Shown here one piece after another: positions 19,625-28,361 of a stretch of 64,000 nucleotides of DNA. How positions within the stretch are numbered: the stretch's first letter is position 1; each line of letters begins with the position of its first letter. Below the pieces are notes generated by a model that saw nothing but the letters and a program-made list of their open reading frames with translations, was not told the DNA's origin and did not search any database. The stretch is from IMG/VR virus record IMGVR_UViG_3300008952_002488, positions 64,001-128,000 of that record. One strand, given 5' to 3'. Both the position numbers and the translations under genes were made by a program. Source of the stretch: a virus.

Positions 19625-20136
19625 TGGACTCTACGAGAAGCTTTGTTAAAATCTACAAGGTCAGTCCCGAAGAAGCTGAAGATTTTCAATTCGACTTCGA
19701 ACCAACGGAAGGCGATCTTCTCCAGCAGCTTGTACCAAACAATGATGATTGGGGAGGCATTGGCTGGATAGAATTAGAAGAATACGAATATAATATTCAC
19801 GATGAATCGATGCACCTCACTCTGGAAACCAAGTGGGCTGCGCCTACCGAGTGGCTGAGGAATGCTAGCATCGGTATTCATTATTTTGAGAACAAGCTCA
19901 TCACCATGGCAACAATCCAGAAGGATGAAACCTGTGTGACTGGCGTCGCAGTCATGGACGGCGAAATCCTCCAAAATAAGACCATTTTTGAGATGGAGTC
20001 AGAAGAAGTCGGCAAATATTACGACGACGAAGAGCATGACTACGAGCTAGATGACCTAGATATTAAAATTTGGGACTCAATCGGTAAATTCGTAACGGTT
20101 TGCCAGCAATTTTACCTCAAAGGGGATGAAAAATGA
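19624..20136 (+). CDS. Acidic hypothetical protein
   Basis: TGATG coupling; ETKWAAP.EW motif. Confidence 0.6.
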   Translation: MDSTRSFVKIYKVSPEEAEDFQFDFEPTEGDLLQQLVPNNDDWGGIGWIELEEYEYNIHDESMHLTLETKWAAPTEWLRNASIGIHYFENKLITMATIQKDETCVTGVAVMDGEILQNKTIFEMESEEVGKYYDDEEHDYELDDLDIKIWDSIGKFVTVCQQFYLKGDEK

Positions 20137-20462
20137 AATTAAAGCTGTATGGAATAGAGGTGGTAGAAGTAGCAAGGAAGTTTCCTGAATTTGTTTTAGA
20201 CAGTAAAGAGTTTCCAGAGTTAGAACTGGAGATGCAAGCTGTTGCTGAAGCTGATTTCATGGGAGATCGCAGAGGCACTCAGGATGCTCTAGAGACGCTG
20301 TACGATAAGATGTACGAGACTCGTGTAAAGGGGAGCCTGGACAATTCCAGCGAAGACGTTATGTCGATTGTTGGCCCTTTCGACGACGCAGAAAACATGA
20401 TCGAAGACTACGGTGATACCGAGATTACCTTTCGCTTATCAGGCGTGGATCAAGAAGATTGA
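20133..20462 (+). CDS. Acidic hypothetical protein
   Basis: ATGA coupling. Confidence 0.6.
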   Translation: MKLKLYGIEVVEVARKFPEFVLDSKEFPELELEMQAVAEADFMGDRRGTQDALETLYDKMYETRVKGSLDNSSEDVMSIVGPFDDAENMIEDYGDTEITFRLSGVDQED

Positions 20463-20582
20463 AACTTCTGGCTGCAAGAGTATTATTTTTCTTTGCTAGG
20501 CTGTTTCAAAGCAGGGGGATGCTCCTTGGGCAGTGGTTCCAAAACAAGGGCATCCTCGTGCTCTCTAAGGTGAGGATCAAAC

Positions 20583-20885
20583 GTGATTAGTATGCTTTTA
20601 GCGGGGCTGATTGCAGCACCAAACTACAGTGTAGAACGCAAAATGACCCCACGCCGGGTCAGAGCAAAAGCACACCAAATCGTACAAATGTTGAAGAGGC
20701 AAGATCCTCGTGTTCTTCGTTCGGTGATGTATTATATGGGGTGGGTTCCGAAACTAGAGTTCAAGCGTGAGAAATCGCCGGCACCCTGTAAAAAAGATAA
20801 ATACAAATCACAACTGGATAAGCTAAACGAATGGGAACTTGATATGCTATTAGATATGGCAGGCATCCCAAGGAAGAAACAATGA
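20583..20885 (+). CDS. Hypothetical protein with short hydrophobic N-terminus
   Basis: GAGGA SD, GTG start. Confidence 0.55.
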   Translation: MISMLLAGLIAAPNYSVERKMTPRRVRAKAHQIVQMLKRQDPRVLRSVMYYMGWVPKLEFKREKSPAPCKKDKYKSQLDKLNEWELDMLLDMAGIPRKKQ

Positions 20886-21274
20886 AATATATTATTCTGA
20901 CCTCCCTATTTCTCACAGCAGTCGGAGGCTGTAAGATTGCCCCAGTCAAACACTATACATCCCACGAATGCTGTCAGCGACTGAGCCTTCACAATAAAGA
21001 GATGGAGAAGTTCACCCGCTATTGCAAGGTTGCCTTGTTCCTGCATCGAGGGGACACAGTAGATGATAAGAAGATTAAAGAGATAGCCCAGCGTGGTGTC
21101 AACGTTTGCAAGTTTGTTTTCGGAGTACAGACAGAAGAGCAACTACTGTCAGTTTCTGACCTGAATGAGGGTTACCACAAGGTTCGCCATTACATCATCA
21201 GAAACCCCTCTGAGAATGGTTGGCTATCACCACTTGACTGCGACCCGCTGCAACCAACTTGCGAGGAATTCTAA
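20882..21274 (+). CDS. Cys-rich lipoprotein
   Basis: Signal peptide with AVGGC lipobox-like end; 7 Cys. Confidence 0.6.
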   Translation: MKYIILTSLFLTAVGGCKIAPVKHYTSHECCQRLSLHNKEMEKFTRYCKVALFLHRGDTVDDKKIKEIAQRGVNVCKFVFGVQTEEQLLSVSDLNEGYHKVRHYIIRNPSENGWLSPLDCDPLQPTCEEF

Positions 21275-21278
21275 AGCG

Positions 21279-21500
21279 GTGAAGTTCGAGTTCCTATATC
21301 GCTGCGAGCATGGCGAAGAAGTCAACAACGGTCTTAAAGACAAGTGTGTATTCGAGTTCGTTTTCGAAGAAGGTCCGCACCACTGCCCAATATGTGGACA
21401 CAAATTAACCCGGATTTCTAGCGGACCAACTGTATCGGAAATCCTCCGCAAAGGAGAGCAAGAGGCCGCCCGCTACAACAAGAAAGGCACACAAAAATAA
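21279..21500 (+). CDS. Zinc-ribbon (FmdB-like) protein
   Basis: Y.C...C.FE...CPICG..L.R. Confidence 0.55.
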   Translation: MKFEFLYRCEHGEEVNNGLKDKCVFEFVFEEGPHHCPICGHKLTRISSGPTVSEILRKGEQEAARYNKKGTQK

Positions 21501-21501
21501 A

Positions 21502-21630
21502 ATGCAATCACTTCTAATAGGACTAGTAGTAATAACAGCAGGATTCCTTACAGGCAGAGCAATACACAGCTTTGTTAACTTTGTTATGGAAGCTATAGAG
21601 AAACACAACAGGGAGAATAGGGATGAGTAA
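21502..21630 (+). CDS. Small membrane protein (42 aa)
   Basis: MQSLLIGLVVITAGFLTG...; fills gap. Confidence 0.45.
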   Translation: MQSLLIGLVVITAGFLTGRAIHSFVNFVMEAIEKHNRENRDE

Positions 21631-21769
21631 AGACAGTCTCAAAAGAGTAGTAGATAGAGTAAAGAACAACATAGGTAAGCGTAGCAACATGGTATTGCTA
21701 GAGGTGCTCGTTATGGTTGCTGCTGGTGTAACTATTGGCTGCGCTGTTGGCTACTTCTTGTTCTTTTAG
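21623..21769 (+). CDS. Small membrane protein (48 aa)
   Basis: GGGAG SD; C-terminal TM VLVMVAAGVTIGCAVGYFLFF. Confidence 0.5.
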   Translation: MSKDSLKRVVDRVKNNIGKRSNMVLLEVLVMVAAGVTIGCAVGYFLFF

Positions 21770-21899
21770 ATAACTGTTCAGCCTTTTGTTCAACAAATGC
21801 TGGATAATGACTGCAAAAGTTGTATTATTTATAAGTGATTGTTTTTACAATCTAACGCAGCCATTAGATACAGAAAATAAAGCGTTATCAAGGGATTAT

Positions 21900-21949
21900 G
21901 CTATTGCCAGCCATTGTCTGCTTTTGTCAGCGTTTGTCTGAATGTGCCT
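21900..21949. repeat. 10-bp phased degenerate repeat GCnwTTGyCw x4-5
   Basis: GCTATTGCCA GCCATTGTCT GCTTTTGTCA GCGTTTGTCT (GAATGTGCCT). Confidence 0.6.
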
Positions 21950-22011
21950 AATACATGTATAATCGATAGCAGTCAAGGGCAAAGAAAAGTGAGAAAAAAG
22001 CACATAAAAAG

Positions 22012-22063
22012 TTGACAGACTGTGTATCCATGCTAATATACTTATGAGAGAGGGAGACACTAA
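22012..22063 (+). promoter_or_regulatory. Early promoter TTGACA-N13-TGCTAATATACT plus GAGAGGGAGAC leader
   Basis: Repeated promoter class with A-tract UP element. Confidence 0.88.
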
Positions 22064-23104
22064 ATGTCTGTAGACTTCAAGACTTTTGTGAGCCTAGCAC
22101 CCAGCGTGAGTGCTGCTCGATTGCCGGTTCTTCTCCGTGGTCGCCACGGTATTGGTAAGAGCCAAGTTGTTTATCAGTTGGCTGCCGCTGCCGGCTTGCC
22201 TGTTGTTGAGCGTCGTGCCAGCCAGATGACCGAGGGTGACTTGGTTGGTCTGCCTAGCATCGAAGGCAATCGCACCGCCTTCAATCCTCCTGATTGGTTT
22301 AAGCAGGCTTGTGAAGAGCCGGTGGTCTTGTTCCTCGATGAGGTTGACCGTGCTACCTTGGAAGTTCGCCAAGGAATCTTTGAGTTGACGGACAGCCGGA
22401 AGCTCAACGGTCACAACCTTCACGACGATACGCTGATCTTCGCTGCCGTCAACGGCGGGGAACACGGCGAGAACTACCAAGTGAATGAGATGGATCCTGC
22501 GGAACTTGACCGCTGGTCTGTTTGGGACATTGAGCCCACGGTAGAAGATTGGCTCGCATGGGCTAAGAACAATGTTGACGGTCTCATTTGGGACTTCATC
22601 AACCAAAACCGTGCCCACCTTGAGCACAACGGTGACATTGAGCCGAACAAGCGGTATCCCAGCCGTCGGTCTTGGGATCGCCTTGACAAGGTGCTGAAGC
22701 AGGCAGACGCTTTGGAAGCCAGCCCTGCAATGTTTAACCTGGCTCAGAGCTTCGTCGGCTTCGAAGCTGCTGTCGCTCTCAACGACTACGCTAAGAACTA
22801 CGAGCGGGTTGTCACGGTTGAGCAACTGCTCGAAGGTGAGCGGGTGGAAGCCCTGGCTGCTTTCTCCCTGAATGAACACTGCGCCTTGATCGAAAAGGTC
22901 GAGGCTGAAGAAATCCTCAAGGCTGAACTCAGCGAGGGTCACCTTGAGAACCTTGCCAACTACTTCGTGACGCTGCCCAGCGAGGCTGCCATGAAGCTTT
23001 GGGGAGTGATCTCCCAAGCCGGTGTCCAAGACAATGTGGTGAAGTTCCACGGTGCCAACGAAGGTGCTGTCGGTGCCCACCTCTCCAAAATCCTGGGAGC
23101 CTAA
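22064..23104 (+). CDS. MoxR-type AAA+ ATPase
   Basis: GRHGIGKS Walker A, LFLDEVDRA Walker B, AAVN sensor, MDPAELDRW Arg finger, PSRRSW. Confidence 0.92.
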   Translation: MSVDFKTFVSLAPSVSAARLPVLLRGRHGIGKSQVVYQLAAAAGLPVVERRASQMTEGDLVGLPSIEGNRTAFNPPDWFKQACEEPVVLFLDEVDRATLEVRQGIFELTDSRKLNGHNLHDDTLIFAAVNGGEHGENYQVNEMDPAELDRWSVWDIEPTVEDWLAWAKNNVDGLIWDFINQNRAHLEHNGDIEPNKRYPSRRSWDRLDKVLKQADALEASPAMFNLAQSFVGFEAAVALNDYAKNYERVVTVEQLLEGERVEALAAFSLNEHCALIEKVEAEEILKAELSEGHLENLANYFVTLPSEAAMKLWGVISQAGVQDNVVKFHGANEGAVGAHLSKILGA

Positions 23105-23126
23105 CTCTCTCTCATCCCAGGTCAGG

Positions 23127-23155
23127 AGCCCGGCGCAAGCTGGGCTTTCTGTTTT
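23127..23155 (+). terminator. Intrinsic terminator
   Basis: AGCCCGGC-GCAA-GCTGGGCT-TTCTGTTTT. Confidence 0.7.
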
Positions 23156-23173
23156 GAGGGCAGCAATAAAAAG

Positions 23174-23222
23174 TTGACAAACACTGGATCAATGCTATTA
23201 TACTAGTGGAGAGAGGGACAGC
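23174..23222 (+). promoter_or_regulatory. Early promoter TTGACA-N13-TGCTATTATACT
   Basis: Repeated promoter class. Confidence 0.88.
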
Positions 23223-24443
23223 ATGAGCTTTGACCTTAAACTGCACGCTTACCGACTGCTCATGGATGAGCCGTTCTTTGCTGCACTCAGCCGCAAGATT
23301 GAGAAGCGTGCCGACTATGGCATCCCAACTGCTGGTGTTCGGGTTGATCCCGACTCTGCTCAGTTTGAGATGATCTACAACCCTGACTTCTTTGCCAGCC
23401 TGCCTGAAGAGCAGGTTCGTGGTGTTCTCAAGCATGAGTTCTACCACTTGATCTTCGAGCATGTCACCAGCCGTAAGCCAGAGGGAGTTCCTCACAAGGC
23501 TTGGAACATTGCTGCTGACCTGGCTATCAACAGCCACCTCCAAGGTGAACTGCCCGAGATGGCATGTATGCCTGGTGTCGGTCCCTTCGAAGATCTTCCA
23601 CTACACAAGACCGCTGAGTGGTACCTTGCCAACCTGCCCAAGAGTGAAGAGGGTGAGGGCGAAGGTGATAGCTCTGAGAGCGGTGAGGGCGATGCTAGCG
23701 GTGAGTCCGGTGGCGAGGGTCAGCCTAGTGCTGGCAACCCTGGCAGCTTTGATGATCACTCCGGTTGGGATGACAACGCTGACAGCCCTGCCCAGCAGGC
23801 AGCCAATCAGATGGCAAAGGAACGCCTCAAGCAAGCCATGAAGGATGCTGCCCAAGAGGCTAGCCAGTCTGCCAAAGGCTGGGGCTCAATGAGCGGGGAA
23901 GTAAAACAAGAAATCTTAAAACGACTGGAGACCAAGGTAGACTGGAAGAAGGTACTGAGGTACTTCATCAAGACCTCCCAGCGTGCCAGCCGCAGGTCCA
24001 GCGTCAAGCGGATCAACAAGCGGTATGCCTACATTCACCCAGGCAAGAAGACCCAGCGGCAGGCAAAGATTGCCATCGCCATTGACCAGTCCGGCTCTGT
24101 CAGCGATGACATGCTGTCACAGTTCTTCGGAGAACTCAACAAGCTAGCCAAGCTGGCAGAGTTCACGGTGGTGCCCTTCGATACGGATGTTGACGAGAGC
24201 AAGGTCTACGTTTGGAAGAAAGGTCAGAGCAAGCCAGCCGAGCGTGTGCTCTGCGGGGGAACCTGCTTCAACGCTCCCACCGATTACGTCAACGCTAACA
24301 GCTTTGATGGTGTCATTATTCTGACGGACATGGAAGCTCCCAAGCCCAAAGCCTGCAAGGCTCAACGGATGTGGATGACGGATGAGCGTGGTGCCAGCCG
24401 TCCCTACTTCAAGACCAACGAGAAGGTAATCCAGATCGATTGA
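23223..24443 (+). CDS. Metallopeptidase plus vWA domain protein (DUF2201-like), MoxR partner
   Basis: HEFYH, NIAADLAIN, acidic linker, DQSGS MIDAS, GGT.F, LTD. Confidence 0.9.
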   Translation: MSFDLKLHAYRLLMDEPFFAALSRKIEKRADYGIPTAGVRVDPDSAQFEMIYNPDFFASLPEEQVRGVLKHEFYHLIFEHVTSRKPEGVPHKAWNIAADLAINSHLQGELPEMACMPGVGPFEDLPLHKTAEWYLANLPKSEEGEGEGDSSESGEGDASGESGGEGQPSAGNPGSFDDHSGWDDNADSPAQQAANQMAKERLKQAMKDAAQEASQSAKGWGSMSGEVKQEILKRLETKVDWKKVLRYFIKTSQRASRRSSVKRINKRYAYIHPGKKTQRQAKIAIAIDQSGSVSDDMLSQFFGELNKLAKLAEFTVVPFDTDVDESKVYVWKKGQSKPAERVLCGGTCFNAPTDYVNANSFDGVIILTDMEAPKPKACKAQRMWMTDERGASRPYFKTNEKVIQID

Positions 24444-24519
24444 TTTTGCGGGAAGCAATTAAAAGTATTAAAACAATAGGAGAGAGTCACAACTACAGCC
24501 AGCACCCTGCTTTTAATAC

Positions 24520-24548
24520 TTGACAGCACATGCTAGCTATAGTATACT
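24520..24548 (+). promoter_or_regulatory. Canonical sigma70 promoter TTGACA-N17-TATACT
   Basis: Near-consensus hexamers at 17-nt spacing in an intergenic region. Confidence 0.75.
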
Positions 24549-24674
24549 AGTGGTATGCCAGCCCTTGCCTGCCCCCTAATCTATGTCCCTACCCCCTGGG
24601 TGCGGTCTGCCTGCGCTAAGTACATTCGTGACACACACCGAAATTTTTCCAGAATTAAAAACGAAGGATAGAAA

Positions 24675-24854
24675 ATGGAAAATAATAAAATCCTCATCAA
24701 TCGTATCAATGAGACAGACCAAAGTTGGGGATCATTACCTCCACTCATTCTGGCTGCTTATGATGTTCTTCTAGAAGAGGACACCTTTTGGGATCCGGTA
24801 ACACACGGTACCTATCCTCTCCCAGTTTGGTGGCAGTCCTTGGGGAATGCCTAG
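24675..24854 (+). CDS. Hypothetical protein (59 aa, not in ORF track)
   Basis: AAGGA SD; MENNKILINR...; coupled to next gene. Confidence 0.55.
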   Translation: MENNKILINRINETDQSWGSLPPLILAAYDVLLEEDTFWDPVTHGTYPLPVWWQSLGNA

Positions 24855-25078
24855 TGAAGGCTGGAGATTTGGTAGAAGTAAAAAAGAATGCATCTATTAT
24901 ATCTCTAAGAGGATCTGTTGGCATCATTGTCCAATACCTCGGGAAAGCTCTAACAGGAGATCCAGACGTTCTAGAACATGGCTGCTCTTATTATGAAGTT
25001 AACATAGCTGCCAGCGGCAATCAAATCTTAAAAGAAACAGAACTCAACCTAATACCAAGGGAAGAAAGAAAAAAATGA
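24854..25078 (+). CDS. SH3/KOW-like protein
   Basis: (M)KAGDLVEV...GSVGIIV...YEV. Confidence 0.65.
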   Translation: MKAGDLVEVKKNASIISLRGSVGIIVQYLGKALTGDPDVLEHGCSYYEVNIAASGNQILKETELNLIPREERKK

Positions 25079-25278
25079 AAGTTGGAGACTTAGTAGAGTT
25101 TTCCTATGGAAGAGTAGGAGGACAGATTGGCGGCATTGGAGTGCTCGCAGAAATGGGCTACCATGGCAGGCATAGAGTTTTGTTCATGGGGAAAGCTTAT
25201 TGGGTGCCAGATGCCTGCATTACTAAACTTGTCATAAAAAGGAGTGAAGATAAAAATGACAAACACAAACTCAACTAA
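25075..25278 (+). CDS. SH3/KOW-like protein
   Basis: MKVGDLVEF...GIGVL. Confidence 0.65.
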   Translation: MKVGDLVEFSYGRVGGQIGGIGVLAEMGYHGRHRVLFMGKAYWVPDACITKLVIKRSEDKNDKHKLN

Positions 25279-25450
25279 CAACACAGAGCTATATACTAGC
25301 ATCATGAAATACGAGCAAGGAGAGTTGGACAAGAAGCAAACCATTAAACTCTTCCAAGAGCTAGTTGACAGCGGGCTTGCATGGAACTTACAAGGGCACT
25401 ATGGGCGCACAGCTTACGATATGATCCAAGAAGGACTAATAAAGGCATGA
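25256..25450 (+). CDS. Conserved phage protein
   Basis: I..YE.GEL......LFQ.LVDSG.AW.LQG.YGR.A..MI..G motif typical of a widespread phage family. Confidence 0.7.
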   Translation: MTNTNSTNNTELYTSIMKYEQGELDKKQTIKLFQELVDSGLAWNLQGHYGRTAYDMIQEGLIKA

Positions 25451-25499
25451 GCAGTGAAATTGCGGGAAAACATTTAAGCGGCGCATGGGGAACCGTTCG

Positions 25500-25709
25500 G
25501 TGAAGGTTGGGGATATTGTCCAGCGCCGTAGGCATGGGGGATCTTTCCAGCATCCTCGTGCAAGTGACCGCAAGCAGGAGATCGGTCTCGTTGTTGAGGT
25601 TCTAGCCGAGCAAGGCAGTGTTCCTCAGCTTCGAGTGCAGTTCCCCAGCAATCCCGATAAACCCTTATGGTTTTTTAGCCATCAGGTTCGGAAGGTTTCG
25701 AATGATTAA
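25500..25709 (+). CDS. SH3/KOW-like protein
   Basis: (M)KVGDIVQ...IGLVVEV...RVQF. Confidence 0.6.
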   Translation: MKVGDIVQRRRHGGSFQHPRASDRKQEIGLVVEVLAEQGSVPQLRVQFPSNPDKPLWFFSHQVRKVSND

Positions 25710-25768
25710 TATATTGGCATACTCTTTCGCCGTAAGGGCGTGCTTTGCCAGCCAAGAAGGGATATACT

Positions 25769-25990
25769 TTGAGCAGAGACTTTAAGGTTGGCGATCTTGT
25801 TCGGGTTAGGAAGGGTTCGGAAGTCTTCCGTGATCTGCCTGCTACTGCCGGCTTAGTACTGGTCACGAACGAGTTGCCAACTAGTCCCCGATTCTTTTAT
25901 GGCGTTGTCTGCTCTACTGGCGAGGAACACCTTTGGAGCTATGATCAGTTCTTGTTAGTTTCCAAAGCTAATGGTGATAAAAATTTCTAG
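25769..25990 (+). CDS. SH3/KOW-like protein
   Basis: FKVGDLVRV...GLVL. Confidence 0.6.
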   Translation: MSRDFKVGDLVRVRKGSEVFRDLPATAGLVLVTNELPTSPRFFYGVVCSTGEEHLWSYDQFLLVSKANGDKNF

Positions 25991-26010
25991 AAAAAAATTT
26001 GGAAGGACTT

Positions 26011-26151
26011 ATGTTGTTATTTGCTGAAATTCTAGTTAACGTTTTACTTGTGTGCGTGTTATCATTTGGGTGTGCTGCCATTGTCGCTTCGGCGTTCTTT
26101 GGGGTGCCCGCAAATGAGAAGAGAAAAGAGAAGCTAGATGAACCTGATTGA
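26011..26151 (+). CDS. Small membrane protein (46 aa)
   Basis: AAGGA SD; long hydrophobic N-terminus with charged tail. Confidence 0.5.
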   Translation: MLLFAEILVNVLLVCVLSFGCAAIVASAFFGVPANEKRKEKLDEPD

Positions 26152-26443
26152 AGATAAGGGTCCCGTAACTTTGGGGCACTTGGTTAGAATATCAAGTAAC
26201 GTTAATGAATTCTATCCTGATCTTGTCGGCAAGATGGGTGTTGTATTAAATGTTGATAAATGCATTGGTGATTATTCTGACCAATGCCGAGAGTACACAA
26301 TCCTTTTTGACAAAAAACAAGTAAAAATAAAAAACTTCCACCGAGATAGCACTATCCCTATCGATGGCGGGAACATCAATGAGACGGTTTTTACCGATGA
26401 AGAGATGTTCACAATTCTTTGGCACGAAGAGAAAGAAGAGTAA
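26138..26443 (+). CDS. SH3/KOW-like protein
   Basis: LGHLVRI...GKMGVVL...YTILF. Confidence 0.55.
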   Translation: MNLIEDKGPVTLGHLVRISSNVNEFYPDLVGKMGVVLNVDKCIGDYSDQCREYTILFDKKQVKIKNFHRDSTIPIDGGNINETVFTDEEMFTILWHEEKEE

Positions 26444-26790
26444 TGTTATATAAGTCATTGATTTTACTAGTATTTGCAAATATGTTTAATCAAGCCTATA
26501 AAGTTGAGCAAATCCAATGCCCTAAATGGGTGCCTGGAACAAATCAAGTTCTACCTCAAGGCGTAAGTCTATCACCTGAATTGGAATTAAAAAATCGAGT
26601 GCGATGCTATTGTGAGGTTGTGAAGGCAAAGGAGGCGCAGTGTCTCGCTCGCCATGTGCCGGCAACCATCTGTAAAGCCCGCACCGCTCGGTGGGTTGAG
26701 GACAACTTAAAACTCAAGGAAAGCTTCCAACTCGTTAATGGAGTATCTTCTCCGCCTAGACGAGACAGGATGATGAATGTCGAGCCGTAG
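26443..26790 (+). CDS. Exported Cys-containing protein
   Basis: TAATG coupling; hydrophobic N-terminus; 5 Cys. Confidence 0.5.
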   Translation: MLYKSLILLVFANMFNQAYKVEQIQCPKWVPGTNQVLPQGVSLSPELELKNRVRCYCEVVKAKEAQCLARHVPATICKARTARWVEDNLKLKESFQLVNGVSSPPRRDRMMNVEP

Positions 26791-27181
26791 AGGCGTTACT
26801 CTTATTATAGTTCTTGTTATGTCTGTGTTCATTGGTATGAGTGCAATGTTATTATTTTCTACCGTCAATATGGAAATGATGATTGCCGGCAATACACGGC
26901 GTATCAACCAAGCAAAAATTTCGGCGGCGAGCGGGCTCGCTCACTTCACTGCCCTCAACCTTACTTACGACACACTTAGAGACCGAGCTTCTGGTCTGCA
27001 AACTTTGCAGATCTTGCCCGACACCCAACTATCGACTAGGACACATTACGAGGTAAAGGTTCATTTTTATCCCCGCCTAAGTGAGCGGCAATATGTGGTC
27101 GAAAGCATCGGCTATTATACCAAGGGCAACAAGGTTCTTGCCTTGCATCCAATAAAAGCTCTCTTTGATGGCGGTCAATAA
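26777..27181 (+). CDS. PilX-like type IV minor pilin
   Basis: Class III signal RRG|VTLIIVLVM without Glu5, then E..IAGN.R...QA...A.SGL (PilX N-terminal pattern) and Y.VES.G. Confidence 0.75.
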   Translation: MSSRRGVTLIIVLVMSVFIGMSAMLLFSTVNMEMMIAGNTRRINQAKISAASGLAHFTALNLTYDTLRDRASGLQTLQILPDTQLSTRTHYEVKVHFYPRLSERQYVVESIGYYTKGNKVLALHPIKALFDGGQ

Positions 27182-27190
27182 AAAAACAAA

Positions 27191-27199
27191 ACTATTTAT
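27191..27199 (+). promoter_or_regulatory. Candidate late promoter ACTATTTAT heading the leader-protein cassette
   Basis: Motif identical to 562, 3088 and 44578. Confidence 0.6.
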
Positions 27200-27221
27200 C
27201 TATACCTACGGAGGTTTTAAA

Positions 27222-27353
27222 ATGATTACTAAAACTAAGCTCTGGAAGACAATAAGAGATGCATTGCGAGAAAATGCACGTTCTCAATCAATAACCGAAA
27301 AGGTTATGCAAAAGATTAAAGAGCAGGAAAAAGAAGAAAGTGAATCTAAGTGA
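27222..27353 (+). CDS. Small leader-type peptide (43 aa)
   Basis: GGAGG SD; MITKTKLWKTIRDALRE. Confidence 0.55.
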   Translation: MITKTKLWKTIRDALRENARSQSITEKVMQKIKEQEKEESESK

Positions 27354-27534
27354 GCTTAGAGACTTCATCAAGGAAGTTATAAAAGAAGCAGCCGAAGAAG
27401 GTAAGATGCAAAAAATTTATCGTCGTTCTTTTAAGGACATGATAAAGAAAACAAAATCTGGTAAAAATCCAAACACTGCCCCATTTACCGAAGAAGCTTC
27501 CGATGGCGGTGAATCAGGTCCGCCAAAACAATGA
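27340..27534 (+). CDS. Small leader-bearing protein
   Basis: MNLSELRDFIKEVIKE. Confidence 0.6.
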   Translation: MNLSELRDFIKEVIKEAAEEGKMQKIYRRSFKDMIKKTKSGKNPNTAPFTEEASDGGESGPPKQ

Positions 27535-28361
27535 AAAAACTAATGGACCGATGGCGAGTGTTCATCAATGAAGAAGTACTTAAAAAGATTTATGTTCACG
27601 GATATGTGAAGCCGGAAAAGGCTTTCCGTACACTTGTCGAGTGGGAAGCCTTTGTTAATACAATCCTAAAGTTCCAAAAAGACGGTCATTATATTAGCCA
27701 TAGTCATGGAGAGCTTGTGGGACCCGAAGAGTTAGTATCTCTTATAAAAGATTTTTATGGTTTCCAATTAAATGTTGATGTAGAGAGGTACGAACTCTTA
27801 ACAAGTAAAAATGTCCTTGATCATATTGAGGATTTTGTTAACCATAGGTTCTGGGGTTTAGAACAAGAGTTTAAAATATATTTTGATGACATCAGCGAAC
27901 TTCGATTTGCCTACTTTTATTCTCGTGGAGATCTCGAACCATACGTCTTGGTAGATGATGCTTTCACTGAGCAAGTATATGGATCAACCAACAATCCAAA
28001 AATATTATATCATTACACACACGAGGAAGGGGTCGAAAGAATCCAGAGAGCAATTGATGGCGGTGACCCTTTCGACATTTCTGCCTATACAGTAGCGCAG
28101 CGTGATTTCTTTCGCAAAAAATCAAATAAGATAATGAAGTTCGAAGGAAACGTTCGTGCCGGTTTTCGCAGTGATGTAAAATCTTATTCTGTTAGTAGTG
28201 GAAGAAAGTGCGTCAATCTTCATCGCATGGGATACCCAGGAAAAGATAAAAATAATCTCTGCACCAATCTGGAAGACGATTGCAATGGTGAACTGAGAAC
28301 ATCTTTGTGGAACGAGTTCATAGCCACACCAGTCAAAATCTTAAAGGTCTTCGATAAATGA
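27531..28361 (+). CDS. Leader-bearing protein with possible ADP-ribosyltransferase-fold C-terminal domain
   Basis: MKKLMDRWRVFINEE leader; LYHYT...I, DISAYT, WNEFI. Confidence 0.5.
   Translation: MKKLMDRWRVFINEEVLKKIYVHGYVKPEKAFRTLVEWEAFVNTILKFQKDGHYISHSHGELVGPEELVSLIKDFYGFQLNVDVERYELLTSKNVLDHIEDFVNHRFWGLEQEFKIYFDDISELRFAYFYSRGDLEPYVLVDDAFTEQVYGSTNNPKILYHYTHEEGVERIQRAIDGGDPFDISAYTVAQRDFFRKKSNKIMKFEGNVRAGFRSDVKSYSVSSGRKCVNLHRMGYPGKDKNNLCTNLEDDCNGELRTSLWNEFIATPVKILKVFDK

Noticed and set aside
20510-20560. Hairpin GGGGATGCTCCTTG/CAAGGGCATCCTC as an ncRNA
   Set aside because: It lies in a plausible 43-codon ORF (TTG 20459) coupled to its neighbours and has no promoter or T-tail; insufficient support.
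22094-23080. 328-aa minus-strand ORF and other long antisense ORFs (583..1170, 10489..11070, 35998..36696, 42663..43469)
   Set aside because: Shadows of strongly codon-biased + strand genes; no SD, promoter or motifs.
24446-25468. TTGCGGGAA after two stop codons (24446 and 25460)
   Set aside because: Only two intergenic copies of a 9-mer; cannot be separated from chance without the full genome.
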